A stretch of 64,000 nt of DNA from a virus. A program made the translations under genes and the position numbers. The notes beneath the pieces are model-generated. The model saw only the letters and a list, made by a program, of their open reading frames with translations. It had not been told where the DNA came from and did not search any database. Location of the stretch: IMG/VR virus record IMGVR_UViG_3300023174_000071, positions 32,001 to 96,000 of that record, one strand, 5' to 3'. Below, piece after piece: positions 9,863-19,838 of this stretch; the stretch's first letter is position 1, and each line of letters starts with the position of its first letter.

Positions 9863-10936
9863 TCAGGTTGAAGTTTTAATGTCGGCCTGATTCTGAATTT
9901 CAATAATTCGATCCTTCACCAAGTCTCGAATCTTCAACATGTTTTCAATATGCTTACAGCCAATAATCTTTGAGAAGAAGAACATTTGAAGTTCAGGATT
10001 TAGATTATTGAAAAACACATGAACATTACTGCATTGCTGTGCAGTCCATTCGTTTTCTGCAGCGTGAGAAGTTAGCTTACGAACCAACGTGGTGACGTTT
10101 TCTGCATCGTCAAAATTAATCTTCGAAATGATATCTGGATTATTAAGAATATCTTCGGCTTGAACGATAAACTTATAATTCTTAATAAATGAAACTAGAG
10201 AGGATGCCGCATCCGGTCCAACGAATCCGCTTGCAATAGCGTAGACCATATCGTTAACCGCTCCGTTCTTAACCAAATCTTTTCCTTTAAGTGAGCGATT
10301 AAGTCGATCCCAGCTTCGCATACTTGGAGTGATCGTTCCCGATTCTACTTGATTTGTTTCTCGTAGATGCTCAGGATGATTTCGAATAAAATCAATAAGA
10401 ACTGGAGAAAGCTCATTCTTCTCCGCCCAACTGATCCACTGAGAAGTCTCCACGGTCAAATCAGCAATCCAAAAGCGGTCAAGAAGTGCGGAGTCCATTT
10501 CGGAAATAGAATAATTGTTGCCGGTATTTACCGCAGCAATAACTCGAGTTTGAGGGTGAAGATAAATTGGAAGACCATCTGGACCGTTACCCAAACAGCG
10601 ATCCAAGATAACTTGGAAGAAAGAATTCATGACACTAGGAAGTGCTCGATTTAGTTCATCGAGCATGATAACTACAGGCTCACGGCTTGCTCGCATAAAC
10701 CAAGAAGGAAGAGCGAAAGAAGAAACGCCAGTATCTTTAATCTTTTCCAAGTCAGGGTATCCGACAACATCTCCTTCCTGCATCGTTGAAGCTCGGACAT
10801 CAACGAATGGGAGTTTAAGATTTTGCGCTACTCGATAGCCAAGCTGGCTTTTTCCAATTCCATGTTCGCCACGAACTAGAACCGCAATTTCAGCGGGGAG
10901 ATTTAGAATAACTTGCTCAATCGTTTCAGCGTTCAT
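9863..10936 (-). CDS. MoxR-like AAA+ ATPase (copy 1)
   Basis: Walker A GEHGIGKS, Walker B IMLDELNRA, sensor AAVN, ALLDRF, TPSMRSW. Confidence 0.88.
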   Translation of the reverse strand: MNAETIEQVILNLPAEIAVLVRGEHGIGKSQLGYRVAQNLKLPFVDVRASTMQEGDVVGYPDLEKIKDTGVSSFALPSWFMRASREPVVIMLDELNRALPSVMNSFFQVILDRCLGNGPDGLPIYLHPQTRVIAAVNTGNNYSISEMDSALLDRFWIADLTVETSQWISWAEKNELSPVLIDFIRNHPEHLRETNQVESGTITPSMRSWDRLNRSLKGKDLVKNGAVNDMVYAIASGFVGPDAASSLVSFIKNYKFIVQAEDILNNPDIISKINFDDAENVTTLVRKLTSHAAENEWTAQQCSNVHVFFNNLNPELQMFFFSKIIGCKHIENMLKIRDLVKDRIIEIQNQADIKTST

Positions 10937-10964
10937 GTTTCTCTACTCCAACAATTACAGGTTC

Positions 10965-10993
10965 AGAATAACTTACAGTTTGTCTTGAGTCAA
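10965..10993 (-). promoter_or_regulatory. Sigma70-type promoter
   Basis: TTGACT-N17-TATTCT upstream of the AAA gene. Confidence 0.6.
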
Positions 10994-11008
10994 CAAAATA
11001 GTTTGCAA

Positions 11009-12319
11009 TCAATCCATCTTGATTAAGATATCTCTAGAATCTTTTTCAAACTCAAGTTCTCGATTAGGCGTAATAACAAATGCTCTGCGATAATTTGCGG
11101 GAGAAGGTTTAAAGCTTCCACCGTCAGTCATAATAATCATTCCATCAAATCGCTTTTCTTTCAAAAAGTGTTCATGGCAAACTTGAAATGAAGTTCCGCC
11201 ATAGCGAGTCCTTTTTGCTGGAATCTGAGAACCTTTCTTCCAAACAACTTCTGACTCTTCATCAACAGCGCAATCAAAATGGAAAATATGGAAAGAAGTT
11301 AGCTTGGACAATTTATTTAATTCGGCAAACATAAGATCCAGTTCATCATCCGACACAGAGCCGGATTGATCGATATAAACTGCAATCTTTGGATGATAAA
11401 GAGTTTTCATTCCAGAATAAATTCCTGGATATTTCTTATTCACTCGATGGATAGAATTTTCTCGCTCCGCTCGAAATGACATTCCGACAAAATTGCGAAG
11501 GATGTTTTTCCAATCAATCTTTCCAAACGCAAAATTTTGAATATCTTTTTTAATTTCAGCCGCAACATTTCCCCAACGACCTTTAGCTCGGGCATCTTCA
11601 ATCGCTTCTCGGATGATGCTTCGAATTTTTGCATTCATATATTCCGGATTAGATGAACCCTCACCTTCTCCTTCTTGCGACTCACCACCCCATTCTTCAT
11701 GGGAATCAAAATAAATATTTTCATTACACAAGTGATTCTTGATATCCTCGTCTTCCATGAGCATCTTAAAGTATTGTTCGGATGCAAGCTTCGGAGGCAT
11801 TGACACGATAAGGTCAGATAGTTTTTGATTCAAAGCAGAAACTTCGGAATCAGAAGAAGCATTAAGCTTCAAACTTCGTCCCGGTTTAAAGCCACATTCC
11901 GGCATCAACTCATCAGGAATTACACTGTTAATGTAAAGATCTGTGGCGATATTCCAAACTTTGTGCGGCTCAAGTTTCCGACCAAGAGAGAGGTGCCCCA
12001 AACAAACATGATAAATTTCATGCATAAGAATGCCGTAAATCTTTTTACGTTGTTCTTTGATTGCAGCAAATGGCCCAAGAAACAGGGGGTTATAAAAAAG
12101 ATAAAGGCAATCATCTTTAATTCCAACGCCGATAGTTGGAAGATTGAAATCCACTCGCTTATTCATCCGGCGAATAATATCGGAAAAGAAACAATACTCC
12201 GAACGCATAGTAATAAGAAATGCATCCAAATCGAAATTATTGGCATGACGTACCAATTCTTCCATGGACATATTTTCAAATTCAACATGCTTGTAAGTTT
12301 CTGGAATTTTTGAAGACAT
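11009..12319 (-). CDS. DUF2201-type metallopeptidase + VWA domain protein (copy 1)
   Basis: HEIYH zinc motif, WNIATDLYIN, MIDAS DQSGSV, GGT, MTDG; ATG 12319 has a GGAG RBS. Confidence 0.85.
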   Translation of the reverse strand: MSSKIPETYKHVEFENMSMEELVRHANNFDLDAFLITMRSEYCFFSDIIRRMNKRVDFNLPTIGVGIKDDCLYLFYNPLFLGPFAAIKEQRKKIYGILMHEIYHVCLGHLSLGRKLEPHKVWNIATDLYINSVIPDELMPECGFKPGRSLKLNASSDSEVSALNQKLSDLIVSMPPKLASEQYFKMLMEDEDIKNHLCNENIYFDSHEEWGGESQEGEGEGSSNPEYMNAKIRSIIREAIEDARAKGRWGNVAAEIKKDIQNFAFGKIDWKNILRNFVGMSFRAERENSIHRVNKKYPGIYSGMKTLYHPKIAVYIDQSGSVSDDELDLMFAELNKLSKLTSFHIFHFDCAVDEESEVVWKKGSQIPAKRTRYGGTSFQVCHEHFLKEKRFDGMIIMTDGGSFKPSPANYRRAFVITPNRELEFEKDSRDILIKMD

Positions 12320-12341
12320 AATCTCTCCTCTATTCAAAGAG

Positions 12342-12370
12342 AGTCTATCCAGAGAACTTCAAATGGTCAA
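12342..12370 (-). promoter_or_regulatory. Sigma70-type promoter
   Basis: TTGACC-N17-TAGACT. Confidence 0.6.
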
Positions 12371-12379
12371 GAAACTTTC

Positions 12380-12622
12380 TTAATCTCGCTTAGAGTGCAT
12401 CATGAATTCATAAACATCAAGAATATCTCTGGCTGCACCATTGATTTTTGATTCAACCCAATCATCAAGGTCAGAGTTATTGTCGATTTTTTCTAGCAAT
12501 TCAGAGCAGTGTTCGACCAATGCACGAAGAGAGGTGACGGACATATAGCTTCCATCTCGATCTTCATTTTCGAGATTTTGAGCTTTCTTGAGAAGTAGAC
12601 TGATTTTAGTTTTGCGTTCCAT
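12380..12622 (-). CDS. Small hypothetical phage protein with KKAQ leader
   Basis: 80 aa; DGSYM...LDDWVESKI pattern. Confidence 0.65.
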   Translation of the reverse strand: MERKTKISLLLKKAQNLENEDRDGSYMSVTSLRALVEHCSELLEKIDNNSDLDDWVESKINGAARDILDVYEFMMHSKRD

Positions 12623-12624
12623 AT

Positions 12625-13239
12625 CTAAATCTTTTGTTTTAGCAGAAATTTTTTATTAAAAAGATGACGAATCATCTGAGACCGCTCCTCAGCCTTCTGT
12701 TCGGAATCTTTTGGTCGCAAAACTTTCTTGCAAAACTTCTTTGTAGAAATCTTTGCTGATTGAGTTTTCCCTGCCAATCCAACTTTTTTCATTTCTACAA
12801 TAACGGCTTCGGTGGAAAGTTTAACATTTTTCATATCTTCTTTTTTCCAACCAAACCCCATTCCGTCCACATGAAGCTGGAAAACCCCGTAAGATTTTTT
12901 GCCAGGAGAAACGGCTTCCGGATCGAAACGGCTTTCTGCAAAAGAATTAACTAGAAGTCCGACAATTTCTTCTTTCTTTAATCCTTGTTCGATGGCCACT
13001 TCTTCTATTTGGCAAGCAATTTTCTTTTGGTCATATGTCACAAGTAAATTCTGACAAGGAGAATTATTTAGATATTCAAAGTACTCTTTTGTATATAATG
13101 CTCCTGAAGGAGCATAAGCATTAGAGATTATAAAGGCTAACAGGATAAACATCTTATCTCTCCAGTTTATTCTTTTAGTCTTTAGAGTGATTATCTTTTT
13201 TCTTAAGGAGTGTAGAGTGGTGAGTGACAAGTAGATCAC
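12625..13239 (-). CDS. Secreted lysozyme/lytic-transglycosylase-like protein
   Basis: AESRFDPEAV...SYGVFQL motif; hydrophobic signal after alternative ATG 13152 (both starts have a GGAG RBS). Confidence 0.65.
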   Translation of the reverse strand: MIYLSLTTLHSLRKKIITLKTKRINWRDKMFILLAFIISNAYAPSGALYTKEYFEYLNNSPCQNLLVTYDQKKIACQIEEVAIEQGLKKEEIVGLLVNSFAESRFDPEAVSPGKKSYGVFQLHVDGMGFGWKKEDMKNVKLSTEAVIVEMKKVGLAGKTQSAKISTKKFCKKVLRPKDSEQKAEERSQMIRHLFNKKFLLKQKI

Positions 13240-13412
13240 TATGTCTCCGTTTTAGACTTGTCAAGATCTAAAGTTTATGTTTTATAACTCTTTCTATTAG
13301 CACATTTTATGTTTAACCAGCTTGTAGATAGATTTTAGCGTGGAAATTTTTTATTGGCGCTGGTTCTGTTTCCCGGCAAAAATAAATTTTTCACACAACA
13401 AGAAAAAAATCA

Positions 13413-13441
13413 TTGACGGAATGAGTGCGGTCAGATAGTTT
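13413..13441 (+). promoter_or_regulatory. Strong sigma70-type (early) promoter
   Basis: A-rich UP tract then TTGACG-N17-TAGTTT; leader hairpin TCAGC-GGTAA-GCTGA. Confidence 0.65.
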
Positions 13442-13489
13442 CTTCTTGTCAGCGGTAAGCTGAACAAAAAAACTAGACTGGAGAAAGAA

Positions 13490-14896
13490 ATGAACGCCGA
13501 AACTGTTCCCACTCACTCTATTGTTAATTCTGCTGGAGATGCTGTTCGCGTTGGTGTTGGAACAGATCTATTTCCACTTCTTTCTTCTCCGGAATTTTCT
13601 TACACCAAGGGTTTCCGAATCGTTGAACTTTCCAAGGTGAACACTACGCAGGATGGGGATACGGTTTCGGCAGTTTCGATTGACCGCCAAGAGCGTCAGC
13701 GAAATTCTCTTGAAAACTTTGGCCAAAAGCACGGCTTGAATCTTAAGGGGTTTGCTTGGGCTCAACCTGTTGTTGCCCGTGGAATCCGAATCACCAAGGA
13801 TGGCGATGAACGTTTTCTCGCTTCTCGTGAGGCTCACAATCAGCGCAACTTGGTAGAAGAAGATCTTTTGTCGGTAGCCACCGCTGTTGATGCGGAAAAG
13901 CGAGAGGATGTTACGGTTGGCACAAAAGAACTTTCTATGTCTGAAGATGGTCGTTTGATTTATTCGGGTGGTCAGACCATTCTTGAAGAACCGGGTATGA
14001 ATAGTCTTCTTTCTTTTGTTAATGATGTTCTTCCCCGTTCCGGCTCTCTGATGCGAATTCTTTCCGCTAAGGAACGTGCGAATCTTTTTAATCAGCAAAT
14101 TGCGAAGGTTACCGATAATCGTCCGTTTGTTCTCCGTACTCGCCAAGATGCTGGTGGAAACCGAACCACTTATGCGGCAGTTACCTCTGGGTATGCAGCT
14201 TGCGATGCGAATTATGTTTGTCGAGATGTTGCTAAGGCTGTAAAGGGAATGGGTTTGCGAGGAGAGGTTGCTTACAATCCAAACTCTACACTTCTTCAGA
14301 TTAATGGCGGAATCCACGCTGAAAATGTTGTTGATTTTGGTGCGGGTGATGCTTTCCGTGCGGGGCTTTGGTTCCGAACGGGTGATGCTCGAAATTCAAA
14401 CTTTAGCGGCGGCATTTTCGTTGAGCGTAACCTTTGCCGTAACTTTATTGTTCTTAGTTACGATCAGGTAAAGACTCTTTCTATTCGTCACTTTGGAAAG
14501 GGTTTTTACGACCGAGTTCAGAAGGGCGTAGAGAAGCTTGTTCCTCAAGTTGAAGAAATGCTTCAGATTTTTTGCAACGATTGGGGTCTCTTGCGTAAGG
14601 TTGAGATTGGTCAAGTTTATAAGTGCGAAGAGAATGGTCGCTCTCTTGATGCCCTCTCTGCTTTGCGTTCTATCTCTATGGAACGAGAGTTGGATAAGCT
14701 TACTATCGGTCAGAAGGAACGTGAAAAGGTTCTGGTCGCTGCTTACCAACAGGAACCGGGAGATACTCTTGCTGACCTTGTTAATGCCGTAACTCGTGCT
14801 CATGAATTTGTGGAAATTGATCAGCGTCATGAGTGGGAAGTTGCGGGTGGTCAACTTATGAATCGCCTCACGAAGATGGCTCTCGTCGCAAATTAA
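13490..14896 (+). CDS. DUF932-like phage/plasmid early protein
   Basis: AVTSGY, R.LC.N (ERNLCRNF), SIRH, LVNAVTRAH motifs; GGAG RBS. Confidence 0.6.
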   Translation: MNAETVPTHSIVNSAGDAVRVGVGTDLFPLLSSPEFSYTKGFRIVELSKVNTTQDGDTVSAVSIDRQERQRNSLENFGQKHGLNLKGFAWAQPVVARGIRITKDGDERFLASREAHNQRNLVEEDLLSVATAVDAEKREDVTVGTKELSMSEDGRLIYSGGQTILEEPGMNSLLSFVNDVLPRSGSLMRILSAKERANLFNQQIAKVTDNRPFVLRTRQDAGGNRTTYAAVTSGYAACDANYVCRDVAKAVKGMGLRGEVAYNPNSTLLQINGGIHAENVVDFGAGDAFRAGLWFRTGDARNSNFSGGIFVERNLCRNFIVLSYDQVKTLSIRHFGKGFYDRVQKGVEKLVPQVEEMLQIFCNDWGLLRKVEIGQVYKCEENGRSLDALSALRSISMERELDKLTIGQKEREKVLVAAYQQEPGDTLADLVNAVTRAHEFVEIDQRHEWEVAGGQLMNRLTKMALVAN

Positions 14897-14917
14897 CAAT
14901 TTCTGAAAAGATTGTTT

Positions 14918-14958
14918 AAGGCCGACAATGCTTAATTGCTTGTCGGCTTTTTCTTTTT
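14918..14958 (+). terminator. Intrinsic terminator
   Basis: GCCGACAA/TTGTCGGC stem followed by a T-tract. Confidence 0.75.
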
Positions 14959-15025
14959 CAGATGGTTGTTTTCCAAAATCTAATGTTGCATGGGGGCTGT
15001 CAATCAAAAGAGGATTGCAGGGGAT

Positions 15026-16576
15026 ATGTGGGCTTTTTTATTTTTATTATTGGTAGGATGTTCTGAGAATCAGCTAAGACAAATTCAGCATACGGAACCG
15101 AATATATCTGTAACTCCGGTAGATATTGATTTTGGAACAGTAAATGTTTCCGAACCCGATAATCAAATCTTTCAGGAAGTTGAAGTTGAAAATAAAGGAA
15201 ATGAAACATTAGAAATAAGATCTATTTCTTTTGAATCTCCTCAGTCTTTATTTTCAATTACTCAACCGGATTCTTATTCTTTAGAACCATTAGAAAAGAC
15301 ATCCTTTTTAATTTTTTATAACCCTCAGTCTTTTTCTTCCGACTTTTCTACTTTGACAGTTTTCTCAAATGATCCGGAAACTTCAAAGCTTGATATTTCT
15401 TTAAAAGGTCAAGGTGGCGCTCCATCCATTCTTGTGGAACCAGAGTCTGCAGATTTTAATCAAACTCCAGTAGGCTGTTCCGACCAGATGACCGTAAAGA
15501 TATCAAATGTTGGAAACGTTCAATTATCTATTGATTCAATTGATTTTTTCGTTTCTTATCCAGAAGATATGTCTATCGATACAGCTTTAATTGACCCTTC
15601 TTTGTTCCCTATGGTCATTCAGCCTTTAGAATATATTGAGCTTCCAGTTAAATATATTCCAGATGATACCTTAATTGACTCTTCTTTCTTAAAGATAGAA
15701 TCTGATGATCCAGCAAGACCGGTTGTTTTTTCGGAACAATTTGGAGAGGGCGTTTATACAAATTGGAAAAAAGATATCTTTGAGAAAGATAGCACGCCGG
15801 TTTCTGACATCTTATTCGTAATCGACAACTCGGGTTCAATGGCTGAAGAACAAGCAAATATGGCGACAAACTTTGATTACTTTATGAATGCCTTAACTGC
15901 ATTATCTGTCGATTACCATATTGCAGTTATAACGACCGATTCTCCAGTTTTCAGAGGCCCCATTATTACAAATTTAAATCCAGATCCTATTTCAGAATTC
16001 GCTTATCAGGTTCAAGCTGGAACGAATGGTAGTTCATATGAAATGGGAATTGAAATGGCTTATCTTGCAACAAAAAGCGGAGGTCAAGCCTCTCCGGGTT
16101 CCTCTTTCTTTAGAAGCGCAGCTTATTTTTCAATCATCTTTATTTCCGATGAGGAAGATTCTTCTCCAAAATCTCATATGGATTATCTTTCCCATTTTCA
16201 ATCTTTAAAGGCAGCATCAAATTTAATTGTTTCTCACGCTATAGCTGGAGATTACCCATACGGATGTTCTACCGCCACATTTGGTGAGGGATATTTTGAA
16301 TTAGTAAATGATATGTCTGGTGATTTTCTTTCAATCTGCTCTTCTAGTTGGGGCGTCGGAATGGAATCTCTAGCCGTACAGGCCGCTGGGACTTCAACAT
16401 TTGTTTTATCAGATCAGCCAATTGAAGATTCCATTTCTGTATCTATTGATGGAGTGGACATATCTTTAGGTTGGATATATGATGTATCCTCAAATTCTAT
16501 TGTTTTTTCTTCGGGTTATGAACCTCAAGAAGGTCAAACAGTAGAAGTTAACTACGCCGTTAGAGAAGAATGCTAA
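15026..16576 (+). CDS. Lipoprotein with two Ig-like (choice-of-anchor D/ASH-type) repeats and a VWA domain
   Basis: Lipobox LLVGC after ATG 15026; repeated DFG.V...N.G...L.I.SI...SNDP; MIDAS DILFVIDNSGSM, ISDEED. Confidence 0.78.
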   Translation: MWAFLFLLLVGCSENQLRQIQHTEPNISVTPVDIDFGTVNVSEPDNQIFQEVEVENKGNETLEIRSISFESPQSLFSITQPDSYSLEPLEKTSFLIFYNPQSFSSDFSTLTVFSNDPETSKLDISLKGQGGAPSILVEPESADFNQTPVGCSDQMTVKISNVGNVQLSIDSIDFFVSYPEDMSIDTALIDPSLFPMVIQPLEYIELPVKYIPDDTLIDSSFLKIESDDPARPVVFSEQFGEGVYTNWKKDIFEKDSTPVSDILFVIDNSGSMAEEQANMATNFDYFMNALTALSVDYHIAVITTDSPVFRGPIITNLNPDPISEFAYQVQAGTNGSSYEMGIEMAYLATKSGGQASPGSSFFRSAAYFSIIFISDEEDSSPKSHMDYLSHFQSLKAASNLIVSHAIAGDYPYGCSTATFGEGYFELVNDMSGDFLSICSSSWGVGMESLAVQAAGTSTFVLSDQPIEDSISVSIDGVDISLGWIYDVSSNSIVFSSGYEPQEGQTVEVNYAVREEC

Positions 16577-16607
16577 TTTTTAGAAAAGCAATGATAGGAG
16601 ATATATA

Positions 16608-16976
16608 ATGTCAAAACGACTTCTAGGTGTTATGGTTAAGGGTCCAAAGGTTCTCGACAAATCACGAGTTCCTTATGCTATCAAGCAGGCCGCAAAGAAA
16701 GCTCCATTTGAATTTGATGAGCAGAAAGTTGCTTGGGGCGCTCAGGTTGTTCAAGAATTTATTTCTTTTTGGGAAAACCCAACGCATCTAGACGTTGTGA
16801 AGATGCCAGATCCTGACGATAGCAAGAGCGTTATTTTATTTGCTGGCGATTCTGTAGAAGTTCAGATGGGCTCTGCGGGTAAGCTGGAATATCAGCATGA
16901 ACCAAAGGGTCGGGCTTATCAAATTCTCCGAACCTCAATGCTAGCAGGATTTCTTCCTCTATTTGGTTTGCGCTAG
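16608..16976 (+). CDS. Hypothetical protein
   Basis: AGGAG RBS; TGCTAAT motif at 16571. Confidence 0.7.
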   Translation: MSKRLLGVMVKGPKVLDKSRVPYAIKQAAKKAPFEFDEQKVAWGAQVVQEFISFWENPTHLDVVKMPDPDDSKSVILFAGDSVEVQMGSAGKLEYQHEPKGRAYQILRTSMLAGFLPLFGLR

Positions 16977-17237
16977 TTTTTTAATTTCAACAACAAGTGG
17001 CTCCGAACCTTTTATAACTCGGTGCCACGTTCCTTGAGGGATGAAGATTTGTTCTTCGTCCCTTAAGTTTTTTGGAAGTTCATTATCGAATTGTAATTTC
17101 CATCCGCCACATTTCTTGATGGTAACGATTCGATCTTCTAAGTCTGTATGCCAAATTAGTTCTTGAGATGGAGTTGTTGGATCGAATGTTCTTTCCAGAA
17201 CTCCATTTTCATTTCTTTCTTTGAATGGAAAATTCAT
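16959..17237 (-). CDS. Cupin-fold phage protein
   Basis: WHTD..DR, WKLQFDNELP, IFIPQGTWHRVIKG. Confidence 0.65.
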   Translation of the reverse strand: MNFPFKERNENGVLERTFDPTTPSQELIWHTDLEDRIVTIKKCGGWKLQFDNELPKNLRDEEQIFIPQGTWHRVIKGSEPLVVEIKKLAQTK

Positions 17238-17249
17238 TTGGCTAAAATT

Positions 17250-17900
17250 TTACCAATTTGGTGGAAATCTGCAAGCCCAATATCCGGCGGTTGTTTTATC
17301 TTTCTTTGCTTTGCAGTTATGTCTTGCTCTAAAACTTTTTCTTGCCTTAGCGTTACCCGCTCTTGTTTTTAGATTCGGATCGCCAAATGTGATTCGCTTT
17401 ACTCTGTCGCCATCTTTAACATAAACAACAGATTTTTTCTTTCCATATCCAGGTTCGCCCTTTCTTATGTATCTTGGCTTATTGATGGAAACATTTTTTC
17501 CTTTATATTCCGCCGCAATCTTAAGCATTTCATCTTCGTTTTCTAAAGCAATTGGGCAATCGAGAGGAACGAGTTGACCTTCATATTCGGCAAACTTTCC
17601 AAAATCACTATCTAAAATTTCATGGCTAGATTTGTCTACGATGAGTTTGCCTTGTTCAACCATTTCTCTGGCTTCATTAATTAGATAGAAGTGACTCTCT
17701 GAAAATTCTCTAAAAACAGGATCGGTGAGGGGGATATCATTTTCTAAATGGTAAGCTAAACCATCTGAAAATGAAGCGGTCTTATCGAGTAGTATGATAT
17801 TGCGACCGTTACCGTCTAAAATTCCCTGAAGAAGTAAAGCTTCTTTTTTAAGATCTGCTTGTTTTAGAAATTGAATAAGATGATTTATTTTTTCTTTCAT
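17250..17900 (-). CDS. Conserved phage protein with basic C-terminal domain (DUF6321-like)
   Basis: VYVKDG...ITFGDP...RKSFRARHNC...AGYWAC; ATG 17900 has a GAGG RBS; KTAS and KIAA motifs. Confidence 0.7.
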   Translation of the reverse strand: MKEKINHLIQFLKQADLKKEALLLQGILDGNGRNIILLDKTASFSDGLAYHLENDIPLTDPVFREFSESHFYLINEAREMVEQGKLIVDKSSHEILDSDFGKFAEYEGQLVPLDCPIALENEDEMLKIAAEYKGKNVSINKPRYIRKGEPGYGKKKSVVYVKDGDRVKRITFGDPNLKTRAGNAKARKSFRARHNCKAKKDKTTAGYWACRFPPNW

Positions 17901-17949
17901 TTTTGATTCCTCAACTAATATAGTTAGGAATATAGATAGGAGATTTATA

Positions 17950-18309
17950 ATGCTTGAAAAACTCGTAAAAATTGCAAACCGTCTTGACCAACTTGGCGAA
18001 ACCAAGCTTGCCGATGAAGTCGATGCGCTTGTTCGTAAGATCGCTAGCGACCTTCATAAGGGTATGAAGAAGGATGGTGAGATTCTAGAAATTGGAACGC
18101 ACATCGTTCACCCCGGAGAAACCCTTGGCCAAATTACAATTGATCGTAGAGGATCTTTTTCTGAAGTTACGGTTGAAGATAATTTAAAGCTAAATCCAGG
18201 TCTTAATCCTTCTAAATTACAGATAGGTAAAGAAATTAAAGTTTGGCAATCTTCTGCGTTTGAAGGCGGTGTTCCAGTAGAAGGAATGGAGCCTCTTCCA
18301 GAAGTATAA
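17950..18309 (+). CDS. LysM-domain protein with propeptide-like leader
   Basis: HIVHPGETLGQI...LNPGLNPSKLQIGKEIKV; leader LVKIANRLDQLG..KLADEVD...KIAS. Confidence 0.75.
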   Translation: MLEKLVKIANRLDQLGETKLADEVDALVRKIASDLHKGMKKDGEILEIGTHIVHPGETLGQITIDRRGSFSEVTVEDNLKLNPGLNPSKLQIGKEIKVWQSSAFEGGVPVEGMEPLPEV

Positions 18310-18321
18310 TTTTTATTTTTT

Positions 18322-18361
18322 AAGCATGCTTGATTATAAAATTAAGCATGCTTTTCTTTTG
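18322..18361 (+). terminator. Intrinsic terminator
   Basis: AAGCATGCTTGATT/AATTAAGCATGCTT stem followed by a T-tract. Confidence 0.6.
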
Positions 18362-18381
18362 TAAAAAGTAAAATCTCCAAC

Positions 18382-18681
18382 ATGAAGAAAGTTGGAGAGC
18401 ATCTTTATATTATTCAAAGCGCTGTTACCGGTGCTGTTAAAATTGGCCGCTCTAATGATGTAGATAAGCGGCTAAAACAATTGCAAACAGGAAGTTCTTA
18501 TCGCTTGGTTCTTCTTGCTAGCTTTGAAAGCCAAGGTCACATGGAAGCATTTCTTCATAAGAAATTTGAGAGATATAAATCCTCAATGCAAGGAGAATGG
18601 TTCACTCATTATTGTTTACCAAACTTGCCGGATTGGATGTATGAGAAGTTACCATTTGACGATATGTGGTGGAAGCAGTAA
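18382..18681 (+). CDS. GIY-YIG/T5orf172-like nuclease-domain protein
   Basis: LYII...KIGRS..V.KRLKQLQTG...E..LH...GEWF. Confidence 0.8.
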   Translation: MKKVGEHLYIIQSAVTGAVKIGRSNDVDKRLKQLQTGSSYRLVLLASFESQGHMEAFLHKKFERYKSSMQGEWFTHYCLPNLPDWMYEKLPFDDMWWKQ

Positions 18682-18683
18682 TC

Positions 18684-19247
18684 TCATTTTGGAATGGTTT
18701 CTAACATATCCAGCATTTTAAACCAAAGCTTCATCGTATTGTAAGCGTCATCAATAGCACGATGCTTTGTTCCTTTGAAATGCATACCATATTTTAAAAT
18801 ACTCTTTGCCAAACCACCTTGAGTCTTTTCGTTCCTAGAGATCATAAGACTTTGGTGGATTGTTTTTACGTTAATATAAGAATGACCGAGAATCCACTCG
18901 TAAGGCATACCCGTTTCTTGTAGTTGATTCTTGAGAAGATAATGGTCGCCTCCACCCCAAGTAACAACACATTGTTTAAATTTAAATGGCTTTAAATATT
19001 CACAAAGGTCATAATACGCTTCATGGAGAGGTTTTGCCGCATCAACATCTGCTTGCTTAATTGTAGTTAAGCGAATGATATATTCACTTAAATTTTCATT
19101 TGGATTTACAAAGAAGTGTTTTTTCTCTATAATTTCTCTCTTGTATGCATTTCCAACCGTTACACCAATTTCAATAATCTTTCCGGAAGGTTGGTTCATC
19201 TCTAAATCAAGACTTACATATATTGGAGAATTATGTTCTTCACTCAT
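18684..19247 (-). CDS. DEDDh 3'-5' exonuclease
   Basis: LDLEM, IIEIG, WGGGD, HRAIDDA. Confidence 0.85.
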   Translation of the reverse strand: MSEEHNSPIYVSLDLEMNQPSGKIIEIGVTVGNAYKREIIEKKHFFVNPNENLSEYIIRLTTIKQADVDAAKPLHEAYYDLCEYLKPFKFKQCVVTWGGGDHYLLKNQLQETGMPYEWILGHSYINVKTIHQSLMISRNEKTQGGLAKSILKYGMHFKGTKHRAIDDAYNTMKLWFKMLDMLETIPK

Positions 19248-19837
19248 GGGTTAACTCCAGATAGCAAAACAATTTGGCAAATATGCTCAAGACGTTCAAT
19301 ATGCTCAAATGCTGCCCAAGGAGAATTTGCAACAGCGGTGACTCCATGACCCATTTGTCCAACAATATCATATTTCAAATTCCCATCGCTGTCAACCCCC
19401 AGATTCTTTGCTGTCTCTTCACCTAAAATAACGGAAGTTACAGGTAAAATCGGGACCGATGGGCCAATACGAGTGTAGCGATATAATTCCGGGAAGTTAG
19501 AACAGATTTTCTGTAAATCAAAACCACGATACATAGCCGCAATTGTAGCAGTAGGATGAAGATGAACAACAGACCGTGTTACCTTTGAATCCTTTTGAAT
19601 TAAATAATGCATATGTAATTCGCCCGAAGGGTTCATGGAAGAAGGTATCTTTAATCCACCTTCTTCGATTTTTACTTTTGTAATATGCTCAGGTTCTATA
19701 ATCGTTTTGCGCCAACCAGATGGTGTTATATATAGAGTATTTCCCGTTTTTCTTTTTAGAGAAATATTGCCATCACGAGTTGTAATCCAACCTCGTTCAT
19801 AAGCTTTTCTCATTACATCACCAATTGAAGTCAGCAT
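19244..19837 (-). CDS. Class II aldolase/adducin-family protein
   Basis: GNIS, ITPSG, PSGELHMH, VVHLHP, GHGV. Confidence 0.85.
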   Translation of the reverse strand: MLTSIGDVMRKAYERGWITTRDGNISLKRKTGNTLYITPSGWRKTIIEPEHITKVKIEEGGLKIPSSMNPSGELHMHYLIQKDSKVTRSVVHLHPTATIAAMYRGFDLQKICSNFPELYRYTRIGPSVPILPVTSVILGEETAKNLGVDSDGNLKYDIVGQMGHGVTAVANSPWAAFEHIERLEHICQIVLLSGVNP

Positions 19838-19838
19838 T

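Noticed and set aside
13568-15007. Long antisense ORFs (249 aa and 203 aa) and similar shadow ORFs over AAA, VWA, ClpA and M16 genes
   Set aside because: They lie opposite well-supported genes with biased codons and have no RBS or recognisable motifs
18382-18681. Mobile homing endonuclease or intron
   Set aside because: Only 99 aa with no DNA-binding extension, and it does not interrupt a gene
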